Assembly (NCBI GenBank): GCA_963675295.2
Contig: CAXXKJ010000002.1
Span: 320,001 to 384,000 of the forward strand
From: a bacterium
Lineage (GTDB): Bacteria > Electryoneota > Electryoneia > Electryoneales > Electryoneaceae
Direction: 5' to 3'
DNA: 64,000 bases
The number at the start of each line of letters is the position of its first letter. Position 1 is the stretch's first letter. A program made the position numbers and the translations under genes. Below the pieces are notes generated by a model. It was not told where the DNA came from. It saw only the letters and a list, made by a program, of their open reading frames with translations, and did no database searches. This document shows, piece by piece, positions 40,582-50,519 of the stretch.

Positions 40582-42735
40582 CTATTTCACCAATACTACC
40601 TTCCGCGACTCTTCCATCTGTCCCGGCACCGTCGCCCGCACAAAATACGTTCCACTCGCCAGCGCCGACCCGTCCAGCGTGTACCGATGAACGCCGGCAG
40701 CAACCCGCGTATTGGTAACCACCGTCACCCGTTGCCCAAGCGGGTTGAACACCGCGACGTTCAACACCCCCGCTGCCGGCAACGTCACAGCTATCGTCGT
40801 CGCCGCGTTGAACGGATTCGGGTACGGCGCCGACAACGCAAATTCACTTGGCACCAGCGTCACATCCCGTTCCTCCACCGGCAACGCCTCGTTGCAGTCG
40901 AAGATGTAGAACATGGATTCGTCAGGCATGAAGGCAAACCCATCGGCCACGCAGAAACGTTCTCCCGCTTCAGTGAGGTCGTGATACCCGATCTCGAAGG
41001 GGTGGACGGGATCAGCCAGGCTTAGAATATGAAGGCCGATATTACCACTCGAGCAGTACAGGTAGTCACCGTCGATTTCAAGCTGACTTGGAGGGAAGTC
41101 GAACTCGATCAGGTTCAGTTCCACGGGCGAAGTCGGATCAGACACATCGAGGATACGAAGGCCAGCATGTAGGTCAGCCAGATAGGCGTAAGAGCCTTGC
41201 AGTGCAACGCTATTGAACAAGGATCCGGGAACAGAGAAAGTGGTAACTTCGATCAGTTCACTAGGGTTTGAAACATCATACACATGCAGGCCCAGATATG
41301 TATCCACTGCGTAGAGATAGTCGTTGGAAACATCGAAATCCCGAGTATAATAGAGGTCCGTCCAGCTGACTTCAAACGGCGATGTTGGATCTGCCACATC
41401 CAGAATCGCGAAGCCATCATAGGATTGGTAAAAAAGATGATCACCAGAAAGAAGAATCGCCTCGCCATACTCAAAATATGACGTGGATCCTGAACAAAAA
41501 CCGATGGGAGTCAGGTCAAGCGGATCAGAAGCATCAAACACAAGAAGTTCGGAATCATTAGCCGTAAAAACCAATTGGTTTTTAATTGCAATTCCATGGT
41601 AAGCAGTGGCCGCTTCGTAGAAAGATAACGAATTCAAGGAATAGGGATCTGACACATCAAGCGCATACAGGCCAGACCTCCGGTCAATCATATAAACAAC
41701 ATCCTCCATGATTGCGGCGCATTCCGAATACCACAACCCGCCACAGCGGCCAACCTGAACAGGTAGGGTTGGAGCGGCGTAATCATAGACAATTAATCCA
41801 TCAAAATAATCAGCGACGTAGACCGAATTACCCACAGCGGCTGTTCCGTAGGCACTGGAACGGGTATTGTGGCTGACCTCTATTGGATTGGATGGATCCG
41901 AGACATCAAATAGATGAACGCCATCACCAGAAACATAAGCCATATTGTAATCAAAGTAGATATCAAATTGGCGATAATTAAAGTTAACACGGCTAATTTC
42001 AATTGGATTTGAACGGTCAATTATATCATAGGCAATAAAAACACCTTCATCAGACCATGTTCTACCACCAACAACATATAAGTAGTCATCTTCTACAGCG
42101 ATATCCCAGATTTCATGGTAAAGATTCAGATAATAAACCATAGTAACATTCGTAAGATCTGATATATCAAAAATATAGAAGCCGTTTCCCTCAGCAGCGA
42201 GATAAGCGTATCCGTTTTCAACGACGATATTCCGGAGCTCAATATTGGGAAGCGGCCAGAATCCGGCTTGAACCGGTTCGGTTGGGTCTGACACATCCAG
42301 TATTCGTAAACCTTGTCTGTAATTGGCCACATACGCATAATTCCCGGATACGGCGACCCCCTCCACCAGTTCCGGCATCTCAACATGTGCAACCTCAGAT
42401 GGCGTGAAAGGATCAGAAACATCAACGATCCGCAGTCCGGCTGAAAATGCTGCGATATAAGCATAGTCACCCACGACAACCAGGCTTCGCGAATACCCAG
42501 GCAAATCAAGGCTTCCAACTTCGAACGGTCTGGTGGGATCGGAGATGTTCACGATATGCAGGCCAGATTCACCTGCGGCAACGAAGGCGTATTGATCGAC
42601 AACGACAAGATCCTCTGATTTTTGCCAGAAACTTGTCAGCGAACTCGCAAGCTGAATATTCCAACTATCCTGTGCAGCCACCGTTGCAGCAAGAGCCAGC
42701 ATCACGATCAGGCAACACGTGAACCGTTTCATCAT
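40582..42735 (-). CDS. Secreted LVIVD-repeat (beta-propeller) protein with C-terminal sorting domain
   Basis: About 12 repeats of YAY(V/L)A....GL.I(V/L)DVSDP..P; YPNPFN...RKVVLVK tail. Confidence 0.9.
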   Translation of the reverse strand: MMKRFTCCLIVMLALAATVAAQDSWNIQLASSLTSFWQKSEDLVVVDQYAFVAAGESGLHIVNISDPTRPFEVGSLDLPGYSRSLVVVGDYAYIAAFSAGLRIVDVSDPFTPSEVAHVEMPELVEGVAVSGNYAYVANYRQGLRILDVSDPTEPVQAGFWPLPNIELRNIVVENGYAYLAAEGNGFYIFDISDLTNVTMVYYLNLYHEIWDIAVEDDYLYVVGGRTWSDEGVFIAYDIIDRSNPIEISRVNFNYRQFDIYFDYNMAYVSGDGVHLFDVSDPSNPIEVSHNTRSSAYGTAAVGNSVYVADYFDGLIVYDYAAPTLPVQVGRCGGLWYSECAAIMEDVVYMIDRRSGLYALDVSDPYSLNSLSFYEAATAYHGIAIKNQLVFTANDSELLVFDASDPLDLTPIGFCSGSTSYFEYGEAILLSGDHLFYQSYDGFAILDVADPTSPFEVSWTDLYYTRDFDVSNDYLYAVDTYLGLHVYDVSNPSELIEVTTFSVPGSLFNSVALQGSYAYLADLHAGLRILDVSDPTSPVELNLIEFDFPPSQLEIDGDYLYCSSGNIGLHILSLADPVHPFEIGYHDLTEAGERFCVADGFAFMPDESMFYIFDCNEALPVEERDVTLVPSEFALSAPYPNPFNAATTIAVTLPAAGVLNVAVFNPLGQRVTVVTNTRVAAGVHRYTLDGSALASGTYFVRATVPGQMEESRKVVLVK

Positions 42736-43019
42736 TCCCCCAATCTCTCGCATTTTCGTTACTCGATTCGGTTCAGGTCAGTCGTAGTTCCGAACACTGA
42801 ATAGTCCATCAAGCCCTTGACCCTGCATATAACCTAGCGGCAGAAATGGGACCGGACAACCGAGGCGTGAGAAAACCGGACAACGGTCCTGCACACGGAC
42901 TCTCCGCTCCGCCAGATCAGGTTGAATCAAGACCCCCCTGAGCGACACCCCCTTGCACGATCTCACCCATCCGCCTACCTTTTCGCAACGTCAGATATAC
43001 TGTTTGACATGAGTTTGTG

Positions 43020-43093
43020 TGCCCCGACGGCAGAAGGCTCGTCGGGATCATCGCATGATCAACATGCCCCAGACATTCATGTCTGGGATCATC
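43020..43093 (+). repeat. Two TGCCC-headed hairpins upstream of pyrF
   Basis: tgccccgacggcagaaggctcgtcgggatcatc and tgccccagacattcatgtctgggatcatc. Confidence 0.8.
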
Positions 43094-43116
43094 GGCATCA
43101 CAACGGAACCATCCCG

Positions 43117-43950
43117 ATGACGTACCGCGACCGTTTACACCACGCCACCTCCACCCTCGGCCATGTCTGTGTCGGCCTTGACCCTGTCCCCGCAAAGCTG
43201 CCGCAACACATGCGGGACGACCCGGACGGCGTCGCGCGCTTTCTGGTTGCCATCATCAAGGCGACCGCTCCGCACGCCGCCGCCTACAAGCCGAACGTGG
43301 CGTTTTTCGAAGCGCTGGGCGACATTGGCGACAAGGCGCTGGAGACAGCCATCGCGGCGGTCCGTGAGCACGCTTCGGACGCAATCCTGATCGGCGACGC
43401 CAAGCGCGGCGACATCGGCTCCACCGCCGAGCGCTACGCCATAGCCCTGTTCGACCGCTGGGGTTTTGACGCCGCAACGGTCAACCCGTACTTCGGCACT
43501 GACGGCGTCAAGCCGTTCATCGAACGTCCGGATCATGGCGCGATCCTCCTCGCCGCGACCAGCAACCCGAGCGCGGTTGAGGTGCAGCGGGCCTGGGAAG
43601 GGATCGCCCTGCCGAACGTGATCGCGAAGCTGGCGCGTGATCGGTGGAACGAGCACGAGAACGTCGCGCTGGTCGTCGGTGCGACCCGAATCGAGGATAT
43701 GGCCAGCGTGCGAGACGATTGCGGCGACATTCCATGGCTGATCCCCGGCATCGGCGCGCAGGGTGGCGACTTGGAAGCGTCGTTGCGGTACGGCGTCGGC
43801 GCAAAGGGCATTCCCAGCCTGGTGAACGCGTCCCGCAGCATTTTGTATGCATCCTCAGGCGAAGATTTCGCCGAAGCAGCGGCTGCGGAAGCGAAACGGA
43901 TGCAGGAGGCAATCAGCAGCGCACGTGCTGCTCTGGCGAACGCGGGCTGA
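43117..43950 (+). CDS. pyrF: Orotidine-5'-phosphate decarboxylase
   Basis: CVGLDP, YKPN.AFFE, DAKRGDIGST, TSNP, VVGAT, PGIGAQGG and NASRSI motifs. Confidence 0.96.
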   Translation: MTYRDRLHHATSTLGHVCVGLDPVPAKLPQHMRDDPDGVARFLVAIIKATAPHAAAYKPNVAFFEALGDIGDKALETAIAAVREHASDAILIGDAKRGDIGSTAERYAIALFDRWGFDAATVNPYFGTDGVKPFIERPDHGAILLAATSNPSAVEVQRAWEGIALPNVIAKLARDRWNEHENVALVVGATRIEDMASVRDDCGDIPWLIPGIGAQGGDLEASLRYGVGAKGIPSLVNASRSILYASSGEDFAEAAAAEAKRMQEAISSARAALANAG

Positions 43951-44002
43951 AGTCCGTACCATGCGGATGCGGTACGAGTCGTGAGGAACGAACAGGAGCG
44001 TC

Positions 44003-44728
44003 GTGAACACCGATCCACGCACACTTACCGTCGGGGAACCGTTGACCTGCCGGATTGCGATGGGCAGCCAGGTGGTGTCGTTTGATACCATCGTGCGGCA
44101 CGTCGACACGCGCGGTCTGTTCTTCGACCGTCCCACCGGCATCGCGGACAAGCTGCTTCCCGGTGTGGAAGTGCTGGTGCGGTATGTGCGCAAGGACTCG
44201 GCTTACCAGTTCCTGACCGTCGTGCTCGAGCAGGAGCCGGACCAACCGTCCGACCCGGACGAAGACGACCTCGACGCCGAGGAAAATGCGCCGATCGACA
44301 TCAAGCACCTGCCCGTATTGGTTCGTTTCCCGGGACGCATCACCCGCTACCAGCGCCGCGCGTATGACCGCTCGCAGGTGGAAGGTGTCGTCCGATACCG
44401 GGCGGGCGACGAGGATATTCGCACCTATCGCGGCTACATACTCGACTTGTCGGCGGGCGGAGTACGTTTCGCGACACGGCAGGTCGGTTTCCTCGAAGAG
44501 GGGAAGAATCCGGTCGGCATGCGGCTTAAGGTGTCGCTGCTGTTGTCGCGCGGGACCGAGTTTCACGACATTCCTGCTGAGATTCGGCGCGTCACATTGG
44601 ACAAGAACAATGTCGAGGACGACTACCTGATTGTGCAGGTGGCGTTCCGCGATATCGAAAGCAAATTGCAGGACAAGATCGACATGTGGGTGAAACGCCT
44701 GCGCCGCAGTCAGAAACCCGGCAGTTAA
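44003..44728 (+). CDS. YcgR-like PilZ-domain c-di-GMP receptor
   Basis: QRRAYDR (RxxxR) and DLSAGG (DxSxxG) motifs; PilZN-like N-terminal domain. Confidence 0.8.
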   Translation: MNTDPRTLTVGEPLTCRIAMGSQVVSFDTIVRHVDTRGLFFDRPTGIADKLLPGVEVLVRYVRKDSAYQFLTVVLEQEPDQPSDPDEDDLDAEENAPIDIKHLPVLVRFPGRITRYQRRAYDRSQVEGVVRYRAGDEDIRTYRGYILDLSAGGVRFATRQVGFLEEGKNPVGMRLKVSLLLSRGTEFHDIPAEIRRVTLDKNNVEDDYLIVQVAFRDIESKLQDKIDMWVKRLRRSQKPGS

Positions 44729-44750
44729 CATCCCAGGTACGGATTATTTC

Positions 44751-45329
44751 ATGGAATACAAGGACGTTCTTGAGCTGCTCAAGCAACGCGGAGCTCTGCT
44801 CGAAGGCCACTTCAAACTCGCCAGCGGGCTGCATTCCAACCGCTACGTCGAAAAGTTCCGCCTGCTGGAAGATCCGGTGACGACGGAGACAATCATCGCC
44901 GCGATGGCGGAGAAGGTCCGCGAGTATGAGCCGGACGTTGTCGTCGGCCCCGTTACCGGCGGCGTGATCCTGTCCTATGAAATGGCTCGTCAGCTCGGAA
45001 CCCGCGCCTATTTCACGGAAAAGACGGCGGATGGCGGCATGGAGTTGCGTCGTGGGTTTGACGTCGAGGGCAAGAAAGTCTTGCTCATCGAGGACATCGT
45101 CACCACCGGCGGAAGCATTTTGAAAGCCGGCGAAGCGGTACGCAAGGCCGGCGGCGAAGTCGTCGCGTTCGCGATCCTCGTTGACCGCAGTTCGGGACGG
45201 TTCAAGCCGGACGCTCCGCTGGTTTCGCTGGTCACGCTCGAGATCGAAACCTACCCGCCGGACAACTTGCCGGACTGGCTCGCCGACATTCCGCTCACCG
45301 AACCGGGGAGCAAGCATGCGCGTAGCTGA
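44751..45329 (+). CDS. pyrE: Orotate phosphoribosyltransferase
   Basis: GHFKLASGLHS..Y, LIEDIVTTGGS and VDRS motifs. Confidence 0.95.
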   Translation: MEYKDVLELLKQRGALLEGHFKLASGLHSNRYVEKFRLLEDPVTTETIIAAMAEKVREYEPDVVVGPVTGGVILSYEMARQLGTRAYFTEKTADGGMELRRGFDVEGKKVLLIEDIVTTGGSILKAGEAVRKAGGEVVAFAILVDRSSGRFKPDAPLVSLVTLEIETYPPDNLPDWLADIPLTEPGSKHARS

Positions 45330-46179
45330 TGGTGGCATCGCCGTCTGCCCGCTGGGGTCGGGATCCAAGGGCAACGCATACTGGGTGGAAACCGCCAAAA
45401 CCGCCATCCTGATCGACGCCGGCTTCAGCTTCAAGCAGCTATCCGGACGGATTGCCGACATCGGCCGTGACATCGCCGACGTCGAGCACCTGTTCATCAC
45501 GCACGAACACAACGACCACGTCCAGTCGCTGAAAGTGATGTTGAAACGCCACCGGCCGACAATATGGACCTCCGGCGGCACCCTTCGCGCCATTCGCAAA
45601 TACCTGCCGGACGGCGCGTCGGTCAAACGCATCAGCAGCAACCCGGAAAACGCCGGCGACATTATCGCGCAGGCGATTCCGGTCATGCATGACGCCGCTG
45701 AGCCGTTCGCCTACCGGTTTGATTCGCACGCGGGCTCGCTCGCCATTGTGACCGATCTCGGTGAATGGACAGCGGATACCGTGACTGCGCTGGACGGTCC
45801 GGATGTCTTCGTCTGCGAGGCCAACCACGATCCCGAGATGCTCGCGGCGGGGCCGTACCCATGGTACCTGAAGCAACGGATCGCGTCGGACATGGGTCAC
45901 CTCAGCAACGATCAGGGCGCGTTGCTTGCGGCGGCGGCGGTGAAAAAGGGGACACGGGAGATTGTCCTCGCGCACCTCAGCGAGACGAACAACGATTCCA
46001 GCCTCGCCCTGGAGGTGTTTGGAACGCAGCTGAACGGCACGCGTGATCAGGTACATATTCACGCGGCGGCACAAACCCAGCCCGGCCCGTGGGTACGGTC
46101 TGCGGTGCATGAAACGGTGGGCGAAAAACAAGCGCGTGGCGGCCCGTCCATCGCCAGCCTGTTGCGCCGTCCACGTTGA
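45316..46179 (+). CDS. MBL-fold metallo-hydrolase (YycJ/WalJ-like)
   Basis: LGSGSKGN, THEHNDH, HDA, TDLG, EANHD, GHLSN and HLS..NN motifs. Confidence 0.88.
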   Translation: MRVADGGIAVCPLGSGSKGNAYWVETAKTAILIDAGFSFKQLSGRIADIGRDIADVEHLFITHEHNDHVQSLKVMLKRHRPTIWTSGGTLRAIRKYLPDGASVKRISSNPENAGDIIAQAIPVMHDAAEPFAYRFDSHAGSLAIVTDLGEWTADTVTALDGPDVFVCEANHDPEMLAAGPYPWYLKQRIASDMGHLSNDQGALLAAAAVKKGTREIVLAHLSETNNDSSLALEVFGTQLNGTRDQVHIHAAAQTQPGPWVRSAVHETVGEKQARGGPSIASLLRRPR

Positions 46180-46256
46180 GCGCTACCAATACTTAACGAG
46201 TAGAGCAAACGTCTATCTGTAACCATAAACAAACGTTAACCTCGGAGGGTGAGTCG

Positions 46257-46859
46257 ATGTCGCTCCGACGCATGAGTCTCAAGCTGCTGGGTGCAATGCT
46301 GATCGTCGCGTTCGCACTCGTCCTGATGACAGGCTGTGGAGGTGGAGTGAAAGACGAAGTCGCAGTGATGGAAACCAGCATGGGCGAGGTCGTCCTCGGG
46401 TTCTTCCCGGATGTCGCGCCGAACCATGTCGCCAACTTCAAGCAGATCGCACGCGACGGTCTGTACGACAACACGCTGTTTCACCGGGTCATTCCAGGTT
46501 TCGTGATCCAGGGCGGCGACCCGGAGACGGCGAATCCCGACACCCCGCGCAGCCGTTACGGCACCGGCGGCACCGGCCACAATGTGAACGCGGAATTCAG
46601 CGACCTCAAGCACAAGCGCGGCACGCTCGCCGCCGCACGGTCGCAGGACCCGAACAGCGCGGACGCCCAGTTCTACATCGCACTGAACGCGATCCCGCAC
46701 CTGGACGGCCAGTACACCATCTTCGGTGAAGTCCTGCGTGGCATGGACGTCGTCGATTCCATCGCGGCGGTCAAAACCGACATGCGCGACATTCCGACCG
46801 AGGACGTGCGCATCCTGAGTGTCAAGATCATGTCGAAGAAGGAAGCTGGCCTCGAGTGA
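46257..46859 (+). CDS. Cyclophilin-type peptidyl-prolyl isomerase, lipoprotein
   Basis: Lipobox MTGC; FHRVIPGFVIQGGDP and HLDGQYTIFGEV motifs. Confidence 0.93.
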   Translation: MSLRRMSLKLLGAMLIVAFALVLMTGCGGGVKDEVAVMETSMGEVVLGFFPDVAPNHVANFKQIARDGLYDNTLFHRVIPGFVIQGGDPETANPDTPRSRYGTGGTGHNVNAEFSDLKHKRGTLAAARSQDPNSADAQFYIALNAIPHLDGQYTIFGEVLRGMDVVDSIAAVKTDMRDIPTEDVRILSVKIMSKKEAGLE

Positions 46860-48529
46860 GGTCGCCTGCCCGACATACGAACGAAGTCCATGGCCGGGTT
46901 GCTGCGACACATGCGGCCCGGCCTTTTTTTCCTGCGGACGCCCCCCTAATGGGTGTCGCGTCAGGACCAGTATTCTCTAGCAGTAAGTTATTCAGGATCA
47001 ATACACTTATCGTGTTGGTTATCTGTTTTCTCGCCCTGTTTGCGGCCTCGGTTCAGGCGAAAACCGTCACTGTAACGACATGGGATGTGGAGGTCGAGTA
47101 CGGCGCGTATGATCGCGGCGATGTCTTCCGCGACACTCTGTCGTTCGTCGAGGCTGAGGGCTCGACAATCATCACCACCGAAATGGATCCCACCTGCGAG
47201 TGCCTCACCGGTGACGTTCTCGAGGACGGCTCACTCGCCTTCAGTCTAGAGGTGCTGGAGGAGGAATACAACGGCCCGACCGAAAAGCTGATGTATGTCT
47301 TCACCCGCACCTCATCCCTCGACTTGTTACGCGTGCGGCTGAAATTCACCGTCAATCCACGCGGCACTCTCGACGAAGATGAAGAGTTGGACCAGGAGTA
47401 CCTCGATACACACGAGTCTGAACCGCTCCCAGTCACCGAGGACACCCTCCGCGGCAGCATCGACCTGGTCTTTTTCCATTCACCCGGCTGCCGCACCTGC
47501 AACCGCATCATGGAGTTCACCCTGCCCGGGCTGCAGCAACGATGGGGTGAACGGCTCGTGGTGCACGAAGTCGACCTGGATGAACGCCACGGCTACGCCC
47601 GTCTGCTCGCCGCGCGCGAACATTATGGAGTGGAGAAGCGAGCGGGTTCGTTCCTTGTCGCAGTGGGAGATACGGCCCTGCAGACCACAGCCGACCTGTA
47701 CGACCGGCTCGACCGGGCCATCGAAAACGCGTTGCGTGATGGCGCCCAAACCTACATGGCGCTTGACATTGATCCGGATGAGGGGGTCGCAAAGACACGC
47801 TCAGTCTTTCGCTCGATGGGATTCTGGACGGTTGCCGGCGCGGGTTTGCTGGACGGTTTGAACCCCTGCGCATTCGCGACCATCGTCTTTTTCATTAGCT
47901 TGCTGTCGTACGCCGGTTCGACGAAACGTCAGATCCTGATCGTCGGCACCGGCTTCAGTGTGTCGGTCTTCACGGTGTATCTGCTGCTTGGCCTGGGTGC
48001 GTTTCGCGCGCTGCAGGCGTTGTCGGCGTACAGCTTGATCGGGCGGATCATCTGGTGGTTGACGATCGCGTTACTCGCCGTGCTGGTTTTGCTCTCCCTT
48101 CGCGACACGATTCAGTTCTACCGTACCGGCCAGACCCGGGACGCATTCCTGCAATTATCCCGTGGCACAAAACGACGCATCCACGAGAGCATACGTCGCG
48201 GGTTGAAAACCCGCAACCTGCTTCTTGCTTCCATCGGGATCGGCGCGACAGTCACCTTGTTCGAGGCGGCATGCACCGGCCAGGTGTACCTGCCAGCGAT
48301 TGTGTTGATGCTGAATGACCCGTTGATGAGCGACCAGGCGTGGCTGTATCTCGTCCTCTACAACCTGCTGTTCATCATGCCACTGCTCGTTGTATTCGCT
48401 CTAACGTATATAGGCATAGGTTCATCCTCCTTTGCCGACTGGAGTAAGCGTCACTACGGTCTAACCCGAATCGCCCTCACTCTCCTCTTCGCCGCATTTC
48501 TTGCTGTATTGCTAGTTCAGGGCATCTGA
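46856..48529 (+). CDS. Thioredoxin-like domain fused to a CcdA/DsbD-type transmembrane domain
   Basis: CEC motif in the N-terminal domain; CRTC; GLLDGLNPCAF and EAACTGQVY; start codon uncertain. Confidence 0.75.
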   Translation: MRSPARHTNEVHGRVAATHAARPFFPADAPLMGVASGPVFSSSKLFRINTLIVLVICFLALFAASVQAKTVTVTTWDVEVEYGAYDRGDVFRDTLSFVEAEGSTIITTEMDPTCECLTGDVLEDGSLAFSLEVLEEEYNGPTEKLMYVFTRTSSLDLLRVRLKFTVNPRGTLDEDEELDQEYLDTHESEPLPVTEDTLRGSIDLVFFHSPGCRTCNRIMEFTLPGLQQRWGERLVVHEVDLDERHGYARLLAAREHYGVEKRAGSFLVAVGDTALQTTADLYDRLDRAIENALRDGAQTYMALDIDPDEGVAKTRSVFRSMGFWTVAGAGLLDGLNPCAFATIVFFISLLSYAGSTKRQILIVGTGFSVSVFTVYLLLGLGAFRALQALSAYSLIGRIIWWLTIALLAVLVLLSLRDTIQFYRTGQTRDAFLQLSRGTKRRIHESIRRGLKTRNLLLASIGIGATVTLFEAACTGQVYLPAIVLMLNDPLMSDQAWLYLVLYNLLFIMPLLVVFALTYIGIGSSSFADWSKRHYGLTRIALTLLFAAFLAVLLVQGI

Positions 48530-49102
48530 ATCGGAACCGCACCCGAACGCTCAAGCCCTTGTCCTGCCTCAAAAATCCGGAATCGCGTCATCTCATGAAA
48601 ATGAGAAATCAACAGGTAGATAAGTGTGTTGATAATCTTGTGTGCTAGAAGGGGATACGGCGGAAGTCCTCTCGCAGTGTGGGAAAAGAGATGTATCATT
48701 CCGCGACAAAGCGGCTTTGTCGCATTTCTCTCTGCATATCCGAATATGCGAGGAATAGACTGTGTTACAGCCAAATCAGACCGTCTCAACATCGAACACC
48801 ACACTGTCTCAATGAGCGTTTATGGCAAAGATATGAGAAGTTGAGTGGTTGTCGAAAGCGAGTGGTGGACTTATGCAGAAATCGAAACAATAAATAGGGA
48901 CAGACCCCTATATAAATAAGGCCAACACTGGGATACAGCGAATCTCGCATGTACAGGCAGCCGTCGCCGAACGCGCTGCTTTTGAGGCGAAAAGAGCCAT
49001 ACATGCTGCCAGGGCATGCTGGGTCAATCAGCTTCAAATCGGTGGAATGAACTTCAGATATGGAGTAAAAAGTCTGAGGACGTTCGGCGTGGCGACGGGG
49101 GA

Positions 49103-50179
49103 TCAGCCCTGGTCTTTCACCTTGTCTTGCAGGATGGAGCGGGCCGCGAGTTGTCCACAGGCGGCGGATACATCTCGCCCACGGCTTTTCCGCAGCACGA
49201 CGGTCCGTCCCAACCGCACCAGTTCCGACGCGATCCGCTCGAGGGCTTCTTCGTCCGCACGCCTGTACGCGCCCGCCGCTTCGTTGTAGCGCAGCAGGTT
49301 GATCTTGGTCGGCAAGTTGCCGATCCACTTGTGCAGCGCGCGGGCGTCCTCGAGCTTGTCGTTGAGGCCGTTGGCGACGAGAAACGCAATCGTGATGCGG
49401 TGTTTCGTCTGATCGGCGTAATCTGTCAGTGCTTCGTGCATCTGCGCCAGGTTGAATCGTCCGGCGACCGGCAGCACTTTCGAACGGACCTCATCATGCG
49501 GCGAGGAGATGGAGAAGACAAGTTTCGGCGGATCGGGGTATTTGGCCAGTTTGCGCACCTGTCCGGGGATACCGACCGTCGAGATGGTCACTTTCCGCTT
49601 TGACAGGGCGATTCCGTCTCCGTCGGTCAGCAGCGCGTAGGATTGCATCACCTGGTCGAGGTTCGCAAGCGGTTCGCCCATGCCCATGAACACGACGTTA
49701 CTGATCCGTGGTTCGACCCGTGCACGGATGGCGAGGAAGGTGCCGACAATTTCCGCGGCGGTCATGTTCCGTTTCAGGCCGAGCAACCCAGTGGCACAGA
49801 ACGTGCACGCGAACGCGCACCCGACCTGGCTGGACAGGCACACGGTGTTCCGGTCTTCGGTCGGAATGAACACCGCTTCCACGCGTTCCCCGTCATAGAG
49901 TTCGAACAGGAACTTGGTCGCGGTGTCTGGACCGTCGCCGGAGACCTGCTCGACCACGGTTGGCAGATCGAGGTGGAAATCGCGTTTCAGTTCGGCGCGC
50001 AGCGTTTTCGACAGATCGGTCATCTCGTCGAAATCGGTCACGCCACGGTAGTAGATCCACGTGTACAGTTGCCTGCCGTGGAACGGGCGATAGCCGCGTA
50101 CTTCCAGTAGTTCGATCAGCTCGTCGCGTGTTTTTCCGAGCAGCGGTTGCGTGGTTGGTTGTGTTTCGGTTTCGGCCAT
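49103..50179 (-). CDS. rlmN: Dual-specificity RNA methyltransferase RlmN
   Basis: CLSSQVGCAFACTFCATG, FMGMGEP and AACGQL motifs. Confidence 0.95.
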   Translation of the reverse strand: MAETETQPTTQPLLGKTRDELIELLEVRGYRPFHGRQLYTWIYYRGVTDFDEMTDLSKTLRAELKRDFHLDLPTVVEQVSGDGPDTATKFLFELYDGERVEAVFIPTEDRNTVCLSSQVGCAFACTFCATGLLGLKRNMTAAEIVGTFLAIRARVEPRISNVVFMGMGEPLANLDQVMQSYALLTDGDGIALSKRKVTISTVGIPGQVRKLAKYPDPPKLVFSISSPHDEVRSKVLPVAGRFNLAQMHEALTDYADQTKHRITIAFLVANGLNDKLEDARALHKWIGNLPTKINLLRYNEAAGAYRRADEEALERIASELVRLGRTVVLRKSRGRDVSAACGQLAARSILQDKVKDQG

Positions 50180-50519
50180 GGCGTAAAGTACCCGGTGGGG
50201 AGGGACGTTTCAACGTGAGTTTCGTCACTGCGAGCGCGGTAGTTTTGGCGATTCCGAGAGGCAGAAGAATGTCGGCACGCGAGGCGGTTTGAGTTGCATC
50301 GGACAGGCTGTGGAGACAACATTTACTGTCTGGGTTCAGAAACAAGGTAAAGGGTCAGAGCCTGCGTACTGTGCAGGTTCGTTTTGAAACCCGGCAGTCT
50401 CGAAAAACCCATTGTTGAACGTAATCCCCTGAATCGCGCGGATTCGGGGGAAGTGTATAGTTGTGAATCCCGGCCACACCGCAGATGATGCGTGCCGGGC
50501 AGACCTCTGGAGGAGATCG

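Noticed and set aside
48530-49100. oriC
   Set aside because: Only one or two degenerate DnaA-box-like 9-mers and no adjacent dnaA; insufficient support without skew data.
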